A stretch of DNA of 64,000 bases from a virus. Its lineage: Duplodnaviria; Caudoviricetes. Under the pieces are notes generated by a model. That model was not told where the DNA came from and did not search any database. It saw only the letters and a list, made by a program, of their open reading frames with translations. Below are positions 45,301 to 53,502 of this stretch, piece by piece. The position numbers and the translations under genes are program-made. Location: positions 1 through 64,000 of the IMG/VR virus record IMGVR_UViG_3300000478_000013, one strand, 5' to 3'. Within the stretch, counting starts at the first letter, position 1. Each line of letters starts with the position of its first letter.

Positions 45301-47126
45301 TGTGACTGTCCCTCAGCCATTTCCAGCCTGACGTCACGCTCCGGGTCGATAACAGATATTTCACTAGTTCTTCCTGGTTGTGGCCCTACCACTATTTTTA
45401 CGCGAGAAGACTTCTTTCTTCCTTCTTCCTCGGTTGGAAGAAGGTTTGCATTGGCTGGGGTAAATTCCTTGTTGTCAGGACCTACTACCTTTAGGTTATC
45501 TGTCCTAAATCCAGTTACTCCTATCTCCACTCTTCCACCGTTCTCTGGAATAGTGAGAGTCTTGGTCCCTGCACGTGATACGGTGTCCTTTACCTCGCTC
45601 ACCGCTTGATTGTACACCTGACGAAGAGCGGACCTTACGTTAGCAAGAAGGGGAGATCCGTGAAGACGGAAATCCACAGGATTGGGTATCTTTTCCTTGT
45701 TCCTCTTCTCTCTATCAAAGTTGAGTACCGCTTTTCTGAACTCGTTGAGTGCAACAGAATGCAGCTCTGCCATACCTATGCTGGCTTTGTCGAAGACCTC
45801 TGCTATGGGGCGGAAAGACTTGAGTGACGTACCAGGAAAATAGGTCTGTGGGTCAAGTATCGCACCTATGAGCATGGCGGTGTAGTACTTGGAAAAGTCT
45901 ACCATGTCCTCTTCCAGCGAGGATGCCTCCTGCCGTACGGACTTCATGTATTTGAGTGTGTCCAGGTCAAGAACTCTAGACCCTGACTCACCGAACTCAG
46001 GAAAGTCTTCATCACCCTCCTGCGTCTGTAGGTCGTAAATTCTCTCAGAAATGAGAGAAGCCAGTGAATACATTCCAGATAGCTTTGGAGAAATTTCCGA
46101 GCTTACGAAATCGCGCAGAGTATCCCTGTTGTCCTGAGACGGGTTACTCTCCACCTTGTGCAGTAGATGCTCAAAGTCAATTAACTCTCCAGTTATGTCC
46201 GGAATTGAGGCTAACGCTTCTTTCCTCTTTTCATCTGAGCTAATGCCGGAGGCCTTCTCGTGCATAGAGTCTATCTCAGACTCTATCAAAGGAATGAGTG
46301 TGTCTATGACAAATTCTGGGTTGGGGTGAGACAGTATTTGTGTCCAAAGGTCTGATGCCTTGTCCTTGAACGATTCTATCCTGTCGAACTCCTCCTGGCT
46401 GTCCAGCTGGACTCTCTTCTTGTTCTCCTTGCCCGTAAGGAAGAATTCTATGCGAAACTTCTTTCCTTTTGCGCCTTCTGGCCAGTGGAGCATGCCCGTC
46501 TGGTAGTTGTACACTACCTCCCCAGAAGAAGGGGTCTTGCTGGTCCCTGGCCGTACCTTGTACTCAGGGCCGCTATCATCGTCACCACCTACTTCAATAA
46601 CACGAATTCCCTTCCGTAGGTCCACTCCCTTTTCGAGCTTGGTCTTCAGGCTGTTGTTGACTGTGGTCGTCTCGGCAAGAGGCTCAAAGTGGAACCAGTC
46701 AGACTCCAGGGACCATTGACCCTCGTTCTTCTTCGTTTGTGATTTAGTGGAGGTCTCCTCTTCCTCTTCGTCGTCATCATCAAGAAGGTCGTCGTCTGAC
46801 TCTTCCTCCGTTTCCTCCTCGGCATCCTCTGCCACCTCTCGCCAGTCGTAAGACACAACAACCTTGCGTCCAGAGTCCTTATCGGAGAAAAACAGAACCC
46901 CGTCCTCTGGAAGAAGGAAGAACGTTTCCTTTTTTAAGGAAGATGAATCTGTAGGAGTGAACTCTTTGTTCGTCTTGAGTTCCACAACAGAAACAGAAGA
47001 AGGGTTTATGTTTCCATTCTTCAGCTGCACTTCTCCATCGTCAGGGATAGTGAGTGTTTCTTTTTCGGCTTGTGGTTTAGACGGATCAGCGAGAACAAGT
47101 CTTGGAAACGTAATAATTTGGGCCAT
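39345..47126 (-). CDS. giant (2593 aa) acidic multidomain protein with sigma70-like regions, beta-domain repeats and a DUF3072-like motif
   Basis: Single uninterrupted ORF. Sigma-like segments LDTLKYMKSV (1.2), FRKAVLNFDREK (2.2-2.3), TGDDEEDVSVVDMVAD (3.2), LDEKDRALL..ILGI...LSLQEIG and MKPDEENILRWVWG...LQEIA (4). Confidence 0.65.
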   Translation of the reverse strand: MAQIITFPRLVLADPSKPQAEKETLTIPDDGEVQLKNGNINPSSVSVVELKTNKEFTPTDSSSLKKETFFLLPEDGVLFFSDKDSGRKVVVSYDWREVAEDAEEETEEESDDDLLDDDDEEEEETSTKSQTKKNEGQWSLESDWFHFEPLAETTTVNNSLKTKLEKGVDLRKGIRVIEVGGDDDSGPEYKVRPGTSKTPSSGEVVYNYQTGMLHWPEGAKGKKFRIEFFLTGKENKKRVQLDSQEEFDRIESFKDKASDLWTQILSHPNPEFVIDTLIPLIESEIDSMHEKASGISSDEKRKEALASIPDITGELIDFEHLLHKVESNPSQDNRDTLRDFVSSEISPKLSGMYSLASLISERIYDLQTQEGDEDFPEFGESGSRVLDLDTLKYMKSVRQEASSLEEDMVDFSKYYTAMLIGAILDPQTYFPGTSLKSFRPIAEVFDKASIGMAELHSVALNEFRKAVLNFDREKRNKEKIPNPVDFRLHGSPLLANVRSALRQVYNQAVSEVKDTVSRAGTKTLTIPENGGRVEIGVTGFRTDNLKVVGPDNKEFTPANANLLPTEEEGRKKSSRVKIVVGPQPGRTSEISVIDPERDVRLEMAEGQSHTTESKNKLKGNKDIFFFAPSSGIIWLDEYYRGKKLRVLTRNSDTQGVSIGKDEYLAFPESGVLEFSPKNGGDKVVISYTQKIKAKRFVTPTITTGDDEEDVSVVDMVADQDADPLSQEMAALSEENVSHTLEVIADILLTQDDPRLDEKDRALLSGILGIGQANNAVLSLQEIGSMEPFSGSESLSDMKRRKKGAVESLMSILREKAKDDVALKRSLLPLKKVLVSKGDTERDKVLLFLRSEDPETDKVQNLLNSILMRISMKPDEENILRWVWGVPGLLRRDHLDDDEVDNLKDSIPAGTKPAYSVGERLQEIAVEEFGADVGDDEVDEKIIDLVSKTYNRAVSKFSNALFSLMEKNDALFKSKYPSFTQFFLQKQESQTLADEMLQIERDEYKVDETKVEEKKKELDKKKEEQELLNKKPLFDQMSTSIPGVDKDLLKSLMQEALDNHVSGKDFSALLDKRERAISALIEKGSSLMEEKTRKRREDLLSVQDAVEKTRSALTGIDADIVSAKKERDKIRERAVEEAGKEYQSRITLSKEKLKALTEILAATKGGGESLSALLGPSGISSLEKGETDESGATRAPLDPFVLSVYKEYAYLADADQEDMIQARELIREDIEEVKETLKELRREAVSFSGKKTRTELRQVNQKIKELESNFTKVKDTLATQEAEAEEKKEYLKNLIEHIQEKVKSKISEHPVSKELETLTKVNDFLSDRDEFQRGDGTYNLDNMFEISKPSKTPGYAPPVLPEGEEDTYRPLQEEIKPVKSIKNPSREQEGKKEAPKARPKKETSVSPERLVVQFTDGTITPEDFLRSIAPHKKNLPDAAVAALDRYYKDMMESDSAAAAVVDAIKQYAKEKAETDGATFAPLSKTAPEVRRSLLEELQAVALPPDPDESKASYDARIRNFKILMLALRNHFKNGGDVRKFSPSLPASNTLSNQSAVIKSVVKFLLENAEDLRKDKGNWDLSDLQKPLRVVPLESLPGGSGFAPVDLSDRAKSAEALHNAQPGLSKDEAEKLNDIIRMVSNGKPLSEIVKGLGRSKSIEGKGVLALATRLGLFINQHSEIKSDEGWNFQSLYTGEHKLPSYEDVKGHFPLDAQLNPLIDSIQKELKDEAGPDEAVESAKDTRERVLDMLHRMSEFAMYDMSLDDMESEFESMDMSKSAPYSYLYLFQKMRNFITRLNKTRPLSKMRNDYGLSSVFGPGAPDAGSPSEQDEVDSVNVERTPISRWSKGFEYFIEEQGLSEAEAETANNILSSVQLRMTESGKTAAELIGALLKSRPDLNEIVVKILRHIGKNKSKYESGVPGIPDLSSLTGVAFKNPYASAEEDLSKAEKDKAKKTVFQDMVEEKELDEFHSNLFADIIRAIKENPGKEGLEKVVNSSEGTDIEGIPSAVAKFLVSKGLVSEDGSPDAKGITLPPLKGRESYVSKDGVPNDAAMAKDLGISEEDLQEEFDDMDDSMPEPGPSFVDVDEFIEDIKETGIDLPEEASDAVEFLSGEDEEQDEPESADRTHLYKVIFEQMANEFDFDDQERANAVFILEKMQELGVDQVLSKLRKAKNPQLEIIAQDIVDYLNENGIPSSEINNVVLPSESDEAEVEVPEPEKMSFSPTFRSEVPDDMLHSVLRAGMRAQKGADLGIVEFIRRLEGIVDRDVAKNAILQGIEEGLVAVQGTEFSGTEEDATFLPVTEDGTPVVSVRVLQLPQAAAPAPAPAGEAATPQTPVMPEPESRPRGRMPKPLATLPVGVERYSFISRAVGLSPSESKQLDQAVGQIQSKTYEDLSSFWKSNRDSLDEDTKNVFQKYVQGLTTYLRLVQEGRDPLTSQPAPKSTEKRPAGDWRNDEATPKQVEKIKTLSEEISSSGETPLVSVGDSPTKGEASDAINALKAQLQQIQEKPAPVAPQAPAPTGPASLTLEKRKQLYDLALKWLTANEVPNANAFTQVLERKGRPDLVSAYTALVPKIQKALDALNADNLDIDLSGL

Positions 47127-47142
47127 TTGCTAAGCCTCGAAG

Positions 47143-47775
47143 TTAAAATCCAGGGATAGGGGTGCCTGTACCTGGGGCACCAGAAGCTCCTGCTCCCGGA
47201 ATCTCTGGTACCTCTTCTGAAATACCCTCTTCTTCAGACTTCTTTTTCTTGTCTTTGCCCCCTACTTCCTTAGAAGGAAGCTCGTGTTCCACTGGCTTTG
47301 CCTTTTCTTCTTTGTGGACTTTTCCAGATAGTGTGCTTAGCGTTTTGGTCAACTGCTTCAGGTCTGCTATCTTGGTTGCTTCTGCTTTTATCAGGTCGGC
47401 AAGCTCGCCTAACGCAGACGCCTTGATGCCGGGTAGATCGTCTTCATCTGTCTGAAGTATCTTCGACAACTCTTGACCGGACTCCTCAAGCTTGGCAGCC
47501 AGCTTGTCCGTCAGACTGGACATTTCCTCCACGGCTTCCTTGAAGGGATGCTTTTTTGGCAGTGTTCGCATAAGCGCCAAAAAGCTATCCGCATTCTCTT
47601 CCAGCATGGATAGAGATGTATCCTGTACCTTTATTTTCTTCAGTAGGGGTGAATCTATCCCGTGAGGCTTAGAATTTGATATGGCCTCTATCACCCTTGC
47701 AATTCTTTTTTGAATGGCAGGAGGGGAGTTAACGTATACAAACCGAAGTTTAGCTTGTGCGTTCTTAGTCATCAT
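47143..47775 (-). CDS. helical hypothetical protein, late block
   Basis: ATGA overlap; coiled-coil character. Confidence 0.6.
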   Translation of the reverse strand: MMTKNAQAKLRFVYVNSPPAIQKRIARVIEAISNSKPHGIDSPLLKKIKVQDTSLSMLEENADSFLALMRTLPKKHPFKEAVEEMSSLTDKLAAKLEESGQELSKILQTDEDDLPGIKASALGELADLIKAEATKIADLKQLTKTLSTLSGKVHKEEKAKPVEHELPSKEVGGKDKKKKSEEEGISEEVPEIPGAGASGAPGTGTPIPGF

Positions 47776-50645
47776 CGACCCTTAGGTAAGTCCCTTACTT
47801 GTGTCACAAGCTGGTCGTTCATAGGAGGCGGACCTCCTACTTGGTCAGGGTACGGACCTGGGGGATACCCATTTCCTCGCTCCTTACCGTTTTCTGGTCT
47901 GTTGGGAAGTGGGTTCACAAGGCTGTCCGCCGTGATATCCTCTGCCACCTCTCCGTGTTCCGCGGCAGACTCTACGTCAGACTCTTCCATTTCTCTCAGA
48001 AGAGAGTCATGAAGTGGTGACACCACTACTTCGAACCCGTTGATCGATGAAGGAACTTCCTTCTTCATGGCCCTTGGCATGGTAGTGTGCAGATAAAGAA
48101 TAGGTTTACCATGAGGGGATAAATCGCGCCTCACATCCTTCACCCGTGGGTCTCCCTTAAACATATTCCTTAGCTTAATAACGGCCTCGTCTACCTCTTC
48201 TTCTGCTGCCCCTGATGGTGCAGAGGGGTCCCTCGGCAAGTTCATGAACTTTAGCCCAGGACGCGCTTTTTGACGGATGTCGTCTACTATCTCCTTTTCT
48301 ACAAAGTCCTCAGTAGACTCCTCTTCCTTGGGGGCATCTGGGTTCAACATAGGCCTGTCGTTGACCACAAAAACACTACCACTGTCCTGGGTGGCAGGAC
48401 CAGATACAGGCGCCCCGCCCGGAGGAGGGCTACTCACGGGGGCGACTGGCGGGAGGAAAGGGAGGTGCCCACCTCCTGGGGGATTGACAGCAGGAGGAAC
48501 CTTCAGTGTGACGTCTCCTGGAAAACGACCAAACGGTGGAGGTTCAAACGCTTCTGGAGGAGGCGGAGCAGATACGGACTTAGGTACCTGAACGATGTAG
48601 TAAACGTCATCCTCTCCGATGACATGTGCGAAGGGGGGAGGTCCTTCAGGCACAGGTGGCATCCCCATGAATTCTGGGGGTGGCGGCATGTGATCGTGTG
48701 GAACAGGTGGCATCGAAGGACCCATTTCTGGAGGACATGCAGACCGTAACCATGCTTTCTTTATCTCTATTTCTTTTCCGTTGTCTATCCTACGAACCTT
48801 ATACGCAGGACTCTTGTTGGCTTGTCTGACAACTTCCACAAGCTCCACCATAGTGGTCTCGCCTGTATCTGGATCCTTCTCCATCCATTGCTGCCCTACT
48901 TCAGGAACCACACCAATAGCCCCATTTGCGTATCTGATGATGTCCTTCTTGGACGCTATAAAAATGTGAGCAGAAACTCTAAGCCTATCAGACAAGGCGG
49001 CTACTCTTGACCTAAGTGGGTCATCGGTGGCTAGGTTACTGACCACATCCGCCAGTTTTTGAGACCCCTCTAGTGACATTACGCTGGGAACTCTCTCTAC
49101 CTTAGATGGAGATGCAGGTATATAGGTAAGAGCCACACGAAAAGCAGAGTACTTGCTGATGGGGAAGTCTGTGTATCGGTATATACCGAAGTCTTTTTCA
49201 ATGAACTGGTCAGCATCCTCCATAATTTGGAATACTTCTACCTTGTACCCAAACTCGCCCTTGACTTCCTCAAGGAAAAAAGACACGTCCTCTTCTCTAT
49301 CAAATGGAATGTCGTAGGTAAGGTGCTTTGTCTTGACGGCGTTCTTCTTGCGAAGAAAGTCCCTAAACTCAGGATCCCGAAGAGCGTTGCCGGTAAAAGT
49401 TACACGCATTACCGGACCTGCGGTTTTTACTGTTGATGCATTCTTCGGCATTCTTTCACCTTCGCCAATAGTTTCTAACAACGCCTTGTCGGCCGCTATT
49501 ACATAATTACCACTAATTAATATGGGTTCGTTTGCCACTAGATATATTTTGTATTGGAATTTTCCTCTTCTCTTAGAGGAAGGGTACTGGTCCAACAAAG
49601 TTTCAATCGTGTCGTCGACCTTAACTCCATAGTAAAGGTCTCCTTTCCTACGATTGGATTCCACGAGTAACATACGAACAAACGGGTCGGACTCAGCAAG
49701 CTCCTCAATCTGAGCCAGGTGTTCCTTGCTAGACAGCTTCTGTATGTCTTTTATCTTTGCCGCCTCTTTCAACGTGACGTAACTAGCACACTTGACATAG
49801 CTGCCCTGACTCCACCGGAACGAAGGGCAGTTTTTGTCTCCTACGCGGCAGAAGGCAAACCTATCTGTTACCTTAGTAACCTTTTCTGGCAGACGAAGGT
49901 CTGGGCAATCATCCTTTTCTACCTTCCAATTACCCTGAGCCCCCATGTAAGCGGGGATTAGCCCTATCTCTTCTACGTAGTAGTTCTTTATCTTGTCTGC
50001 TGCATCCGCTATTCTTTGAGCAGATAGAGGCATGTTTCTTTTGCGCAGAAGAGATTCTACTTTGATTAGGACATGGTGTGGGGACAACATTTCTGCTACC
50101 TTGAGGGAGGATGTGCCTTCGTTTAGAGCAGAAGTTTCTTCTTCCAAGTACTCAGACCACTTCGATAAGACGGACTCTCTGACAGAAGGCCAGAAGCTGT
50201 CTATGTAGTTCCAATAAGGTCTCACCTTCTCCAAGAAACCTGCCTCTACAGGTATCTTGTTTGACTTCTCTCTCATTGTACGTACGGTGTCAGACTCAAG
50301 CTTTGCATACTTTGTGTACGCCTTTGTCACCACCTGAAGAACTTCATCTAGTATTTCATTTTTCTCTTTGTTATCAAGTACTTCATCAAACACCACGGCG
50401 GATAATCCGACACGAATTTTGTCTATCGCTTCTAAGTGTGTGTCGATCTTGGGGAGTAGTGACATCTCTTTAAGATCAATGAAGAACTTTTTGGCCTCCT
50501 CTACATCATCCTGAAGTGCAACCACGGAAGGAATTAGATGAACCAGGTGCTGAGCCACACCCTCTTTTATGAGGGCGTCCCAGTCCGCCTCCGATATCTC
50601 CAGAAAGGCTATAGCCAGGTCTTTTCGCTTGTCCTTGTCAGTCAT
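47772..50645 (-). CDS. 957-aa mosaic protein with Pro-rich linker, probable virion/internal protein
   Basis: Long ORF; several apparent modules separated by K/R-x-A sites. Confidence 0.6.
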   Translation of the reverse strand: MTDKDKRKDLAIAFLEISEADWDALIKEGVAQHLVHLIPSVVALQDDVEEAKKFFIDLKEMSLLPKIDTHLEAIDKIRVGLSAVVFDEVLDNKEKNEILDEVLQVVTKAYTKYAKLESDTVRTMREKSNKIPVEAGFLEKVRPYWNYIDSFWPSVRESVLSKWSEYLEEETSALNEGTSSLKVAEMLSPHHVLIKVESLLRKRNMPLSAQRIADAADKIKNYYVEEIGLIPAYMGAQGNWKVEKDDCPDLRLPEKVTKVTDRFAFCRVGDKNCPSFRWSQGSYVKCASYVTLKEAAKIKDIQKLSSKEHLAQIEELAESDPFVRMLLVESNRRKGDLYYGVKVDDTIETLLDQYPSSKRRGKFQYKIYLVANEPILISGNYVIAADKALLETIGEGERMPKNASTVKTAGPVMRVTFTGNALRDPEFRDFLRKKNAVKTKHLTYDIPFDREEDVSFFLEEVKGEFGYKVEVFQIMEDADQFIEKDFGIYRYTDFPISKYSAFRVALTYIPASPSKVERVPSVMSLEGSQKLADVVSNLATDDPLRSRVAALSDRLRVSAHIFIASKKDIIRYANGAIGVVPEVGQQWMEKDPDTGETTMVELVEVVRQANKSPAYKVRRIDNGKEIEIKKAWLRSACPPEMGPSMPPVPHDHMPPPPEFMGMPPVPEGPPPFAHVIGEDDVYYIVQVPKSVSAPPPPEAFEPPPFGRFPGDVTLKVPPAVNPPGGGHLPFLPPVAPVSSPPPGGAPVSGPATQDSGSVFVVNDRPMLNPDAPKEEESTEDFVEKEIVDDIRQKARPGLKFMNLPRDPSAPSGAAEEEVDEAVIKLRNMFKGDPRVKDVRRDLSPHGKPILYLHTTMPRAMKKEVPSSINGFEVVVSPLHDSLLREMEESDVESAAEHGEVAEDITADSLVNPLPNRPENGKERGNGYPPGPYPDQVGGPPPMNDQLVTQVRDLPKGR

Positions 50646-51615
50646 AGCTTACTTCGAGTAGGTACAGGTAGGCAGAATCCATATCCCTGTCATGTATCAT
50701 CCTCATGAGATCTGGGGGTACATTCTCTTCTACAGATCCTGACTTTTTTGATGTAAGTCTAGCCTCTATAAAAGAGGCATACCTGTAGGCGGCAGTAGCA
50801 GCCTTCTTCTGTCCGCCTGCTTCCGCCTTCTTCCCAAGAGTAACAAGACCTCGTTTTGCTTCCTTGAGACCCAGAAGCTCCTGCCCGGAAGAGGCAACTC
50901 GTGTAAGAATGGAGTTGGCTATTCCTCGTGTATCCAGTACCAGGTCTATGTTGTCGTAGAAGCACTCGTTTATGCGGGTCTCTAGGTCTGAGCCACGGAT
51001 GTCTTTCAAGAGAACAGAGTCAGGACCTAATTCCTTTAGCAGCTCTCCGGCAATTACTTCCTTCAGTTGCCTTATTTCAGGCCTTTGGTGTAGCTTCAGC
51101 CTAACCAGAACTCGGGTAGCTATGCGCCTAAACTCGTCCCAGTCCGCTTCTCCTGCGATGCGCACTAGCTCTTCCGCTTCGTCCGTAAATCCGGACTCTC
51201 TTAGTTCTTTGGCAAGAGAAGAAATCATGATGGGTTGAGTTCCTGGTGAAGGTATACCTACATAAGAAAGGTTTTGGCTTGGAGTTCCTAGGGGTCCCTT
51301 GTTTTGTTTGGACCTGGATTGCTGTCTGGCCTTTTCTCGTAGCTCCGTTGCCCTTCTTTTCTGTCCCTTGGGCCACAGCTCACAAATTATCTCTGTAGCG
51401 TCAGGGTCTTTGGACAGCTTCTTGTACTGTACACCGTTTTCGTTTAGGTCGTCGAAAAATGCTTTAGGAGAGTGGTCTCTGTCTTTTCTAAACTTGAGAA
51501 CTATGGTCTTCAGCCCGGTCTGAGGGTCTGATATGGAGCGCATGTCAATATACCTAAGGTGGTGAGCCTTAAGTAGTTTTGTAGCTATTGCTCTTATGTC
51601 CACAGCAGAGGGCAT
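50638..51615 (-). CDS. hypothetical late protein
   Basis: Two helix-Gly-helix motifs. Confidence 0.6.
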   Translation of the reverse strand: MPSAVDIRAIATKLLKAHHLRYIDMRSISDPQTGLKTIVLKFRKDRDHSPKAFFDDLNENGVQYKKLSKDPDATEIICELWPKGQKRRATELREKARQQSRSKQNKGPLGTPSQNLSYVGIPSPGTQPIMISSLAKELRESGFTDEAEELVRIAGEADWDEFRRIATRVLVRLKLHQRPEIRQLKEVIAGELLKELGPDSVLLKDIRGSDLETRINECFYDNIDLVLDTRGIANSILTRVASSGQELLGLKEAKRGLVTLGKKAEAGGQKKAATAAYRYASFIEARLTSKKSGSVEENVPPDLMRMIHDRDMDSAYLYLLEVSYD

Positions 51616-51993
51616 TCATTCGCCTCTACGAGTTCTATTGAAAAGATCGGCAAGACGAGAAAGCCTGAGTTCTTCGTCGTCTATCTCTTGTATAGCCTCA
51701 AGCTCCTTCTTTACTTCTTCTTCCTTCTCTGCCGCCTGCCTAATCTCTTCTTCAGCTTCTTCGTGGACCCTTTGTAGGTCCTCCCTGAGCTTCTCTTCTT
51801 TTCTTCTGATCTTGTCATCTGTTGGTGCCTCCTTCTTTCTTCGACCAAAGAGAAAGAACACACCAGAAACTGTGACAATGGCCGCAACAACGTACCCCCA
51901 TACCTTCTTAGAAAGGTCTGGCTTAAACTTGTGCAGCAGCAGAAGCACCAAGGCCGCTACACAGAACATTATCAGTAGAGATAGAGTTTGCAT
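51616..51993 (-). CDS. membrane protein, 2 TM plus coiled coil (holin/spanin-like architecture)
   Basis: Two N-terminal hydrophobic helices, then an E/K-rich coil. Confidence 0.5.
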   Translation of the reverse strand: MQTLSLLIMFCVAALVLLLLHKFKPDLSKKVWGYVVAAIVTVSGVFFLFGRRKKEAPTDDKIRRKEEKLREDLQRVHEEAEEEIRQAAEKEEEVKKELEAIQEIDDEELRLSRLADLFNRTRRGE

Positions 51994-51994
51994 G

Positions 51995-52414
51995 TCACAC
52001 TACTATGGGTTGGAAGGTAGGTAATACTCGCAGAGTTTCCTCGAACTGACCCTCAATCCACATCTGTACTATTACATCGTCGCTTGCTCCAATGGTCTCT
52101 ATAGTAAGCTCATGGTATACGATCCCCTCGCCAAGAAAGACGGCAGGAAATACATGCCATAGAAGCTCAGAAGGTCCTACTACCTGGTCAAACATGACTG
52201 TAGAGAAGTTTCCTGCTAGGAGAGGGTCGTCACTGACACCCAAAGCTAGCACGTGAGACAGACTTGCACGAAAAGGGTCTGCGGTAGAAGTGTTCCTGAA
52301 GAATATTTTGGGGTGCAGAATAGGAGACACTGGAAGGTTGGTTTCCAGAGTTATGGTCCTCGACTCTGTGGGGGCCAACCGAATCGGGTAAAGTTGTCTT
52401 ACAGGTATGAGCAT
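51995..52414 (-). CDS. beta-rich putative structural protein
   Basis: Composition and position in the late block. Confidence 0.45.
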   Translation of the reverse strand: MLIPVRQLYPIRLAPTESRTITLETNLPVSPILHPKIFFRNTSTADPFRASLSHVLALGVSDDPLLAGNFSTVMFDQVVGPSELLWHVFPAVFLGEGIVYHELTIETIGASDDVIVQMWIEGQFEETLRVLPTFQPIVV

Positions 52415-52650
52415 TATAGAATCCGGGTTACGTCCCTTAGCCTCTTGGCTATGGACACTAGAGAGTAAGGAGATATACCGTTTTTATTACAGGCTCGTTC
52501 AAAGTGAGATTTAGCCTTTTTCCATTGGTCAGTCAAAGACTTGGACTCGTATATATCATCTGCAAACTTTCTCAGCACACTCTTCCAGAGTTCTGTTGCT
52601 TCTGGATTTATGGAAGACGGAGGGTTCTTGTATGATGGTGCCTTTTTCAT
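52414..52650 (-). CDS. small ChaB-like helical protein
   Basis: PP....PEA..LW..VL...DQW..A...F...C....I.PY, paralogous to a segment of 55135..55977. Confidence 0.45.
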   Translation of the reverse strand: MKKAPSYKNPPSSINPEATELWKSVLRKFADDIYESKSLTDQWKKAKSHFERACNKNGISPYSLVSIAKRLRDVTRIL

Positions 52651-53087
52651 ACTTCTTCCTCCACTCTCAGACCGCTCCTAAGCTCTCCGTTTATGCCTGC
52701 GTCTAGCTGTGACTCTAGGGGTATGTAGGGTACGTCTGCACGTGTAACAGGTATCCTTGCTTGAAGTACGTTGGCACTTGGAGCAGAGGATATTGGGAAT
52801 GTTTCTATGGTAACTTTTATAGCCATGTTCGTAGTTACAGGTGGTCTGCTGAACTGGAATATGAAGTCACCTTCTGCGTTGGCCCCGTTTCCAAATCTCT
52901 TATCAAACTCTATATACCTTATCTCAGAATTATTGTATAGAAGACTTATTCTTCCCTCTTTCGCATAGTTTGGGAATCCCAGTTCTTGGTCTGGGTCATT
53001 CAAGAATACCACAACCAACACCGTATCGCCATCAGCGATGTACTCGGCTCTAGCGTCTAACACTAGTCTAGTAGGTGTGGCAGGCAT
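52647..53087 (-). CDS. beta-rich putative structural protein
   Basis: Composition and position in the late block. Confidence 0.45.
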   Translation of the reverse strand: MPATPTRLVLDARAEYIADGDTVLVVVFLNDPDQELGFPNYAKEGRISLLYNNSEIRYIEFDKRFGNGANAEGDFIFQFSRPPVTTNMAIKVTIETFPISSAPSANVLQARIPVTRADVPYIPLESQLDAGINGELRSGLRVEEEV

Positions 53088-53091
53088 TGGT

Positions 53092-53502
53092 TTATAGTAT
53101 CGGAGTTGGGGCCTTGAACGTGGTTCCCTGAGAACCGACCGTAGTGTTTCTGTTTCTGAATACTATGGTGTCTGGATTGCTTACGATGAGGGTAATTCTT
53201 TCTACGTTTGTACCAGCTGCAGCGTCGTAAGAGTAAGTGATAGTAAGCTCGTACATCTCGAAAAGAGCGTCAGACAAGTCTATGGGGGCAGAGTAAAGAA
53301 AGGAACTACCAGCCACCAGAGTAAGTGAAACTTCACCCAATGCTCCCATATTAAGATCTTTTACGTACACCCCAGTACTTGGGTCCATACGAAATATCTC
53401 GCAAAGAGGGTCAGCGTCAGGCGTTACTAAAGTTCCGTCTTCTCTCTTCGTAACTATGCTTACTGCGGTGAAGGCCTGATCTCTGTGCGCTATGATGGTC
53501 AT
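53092..53502 (-). CDS. beta-rich (Ig-like?) putative structural protein
   Basis: DG.LV.PD..P...I...Y.L.ITY pattern. Confidence 0.45.
   Translation of the reverse strand: MTIIAHRDQAFTAVSIVTKREDGTLVTPDADPLCEIFRMDPSTGVYVKDLNMGALGEVSLTLVAGSSFLYSAPIDLSDALFEMYELTITYSYDAAAGTNVERITLIVSNPDTIVFRNRNTTVGSQGTTFKAPTPIL

Noticed and set aside
39345-47126. Giant protein as tape measure or multisubunit RNA polymerase subunit
   Set aside because: Very acidic and lacking tape-measure-like Ala/Gly hydrophobic repeats; no DxDGD catalytic motif noticed
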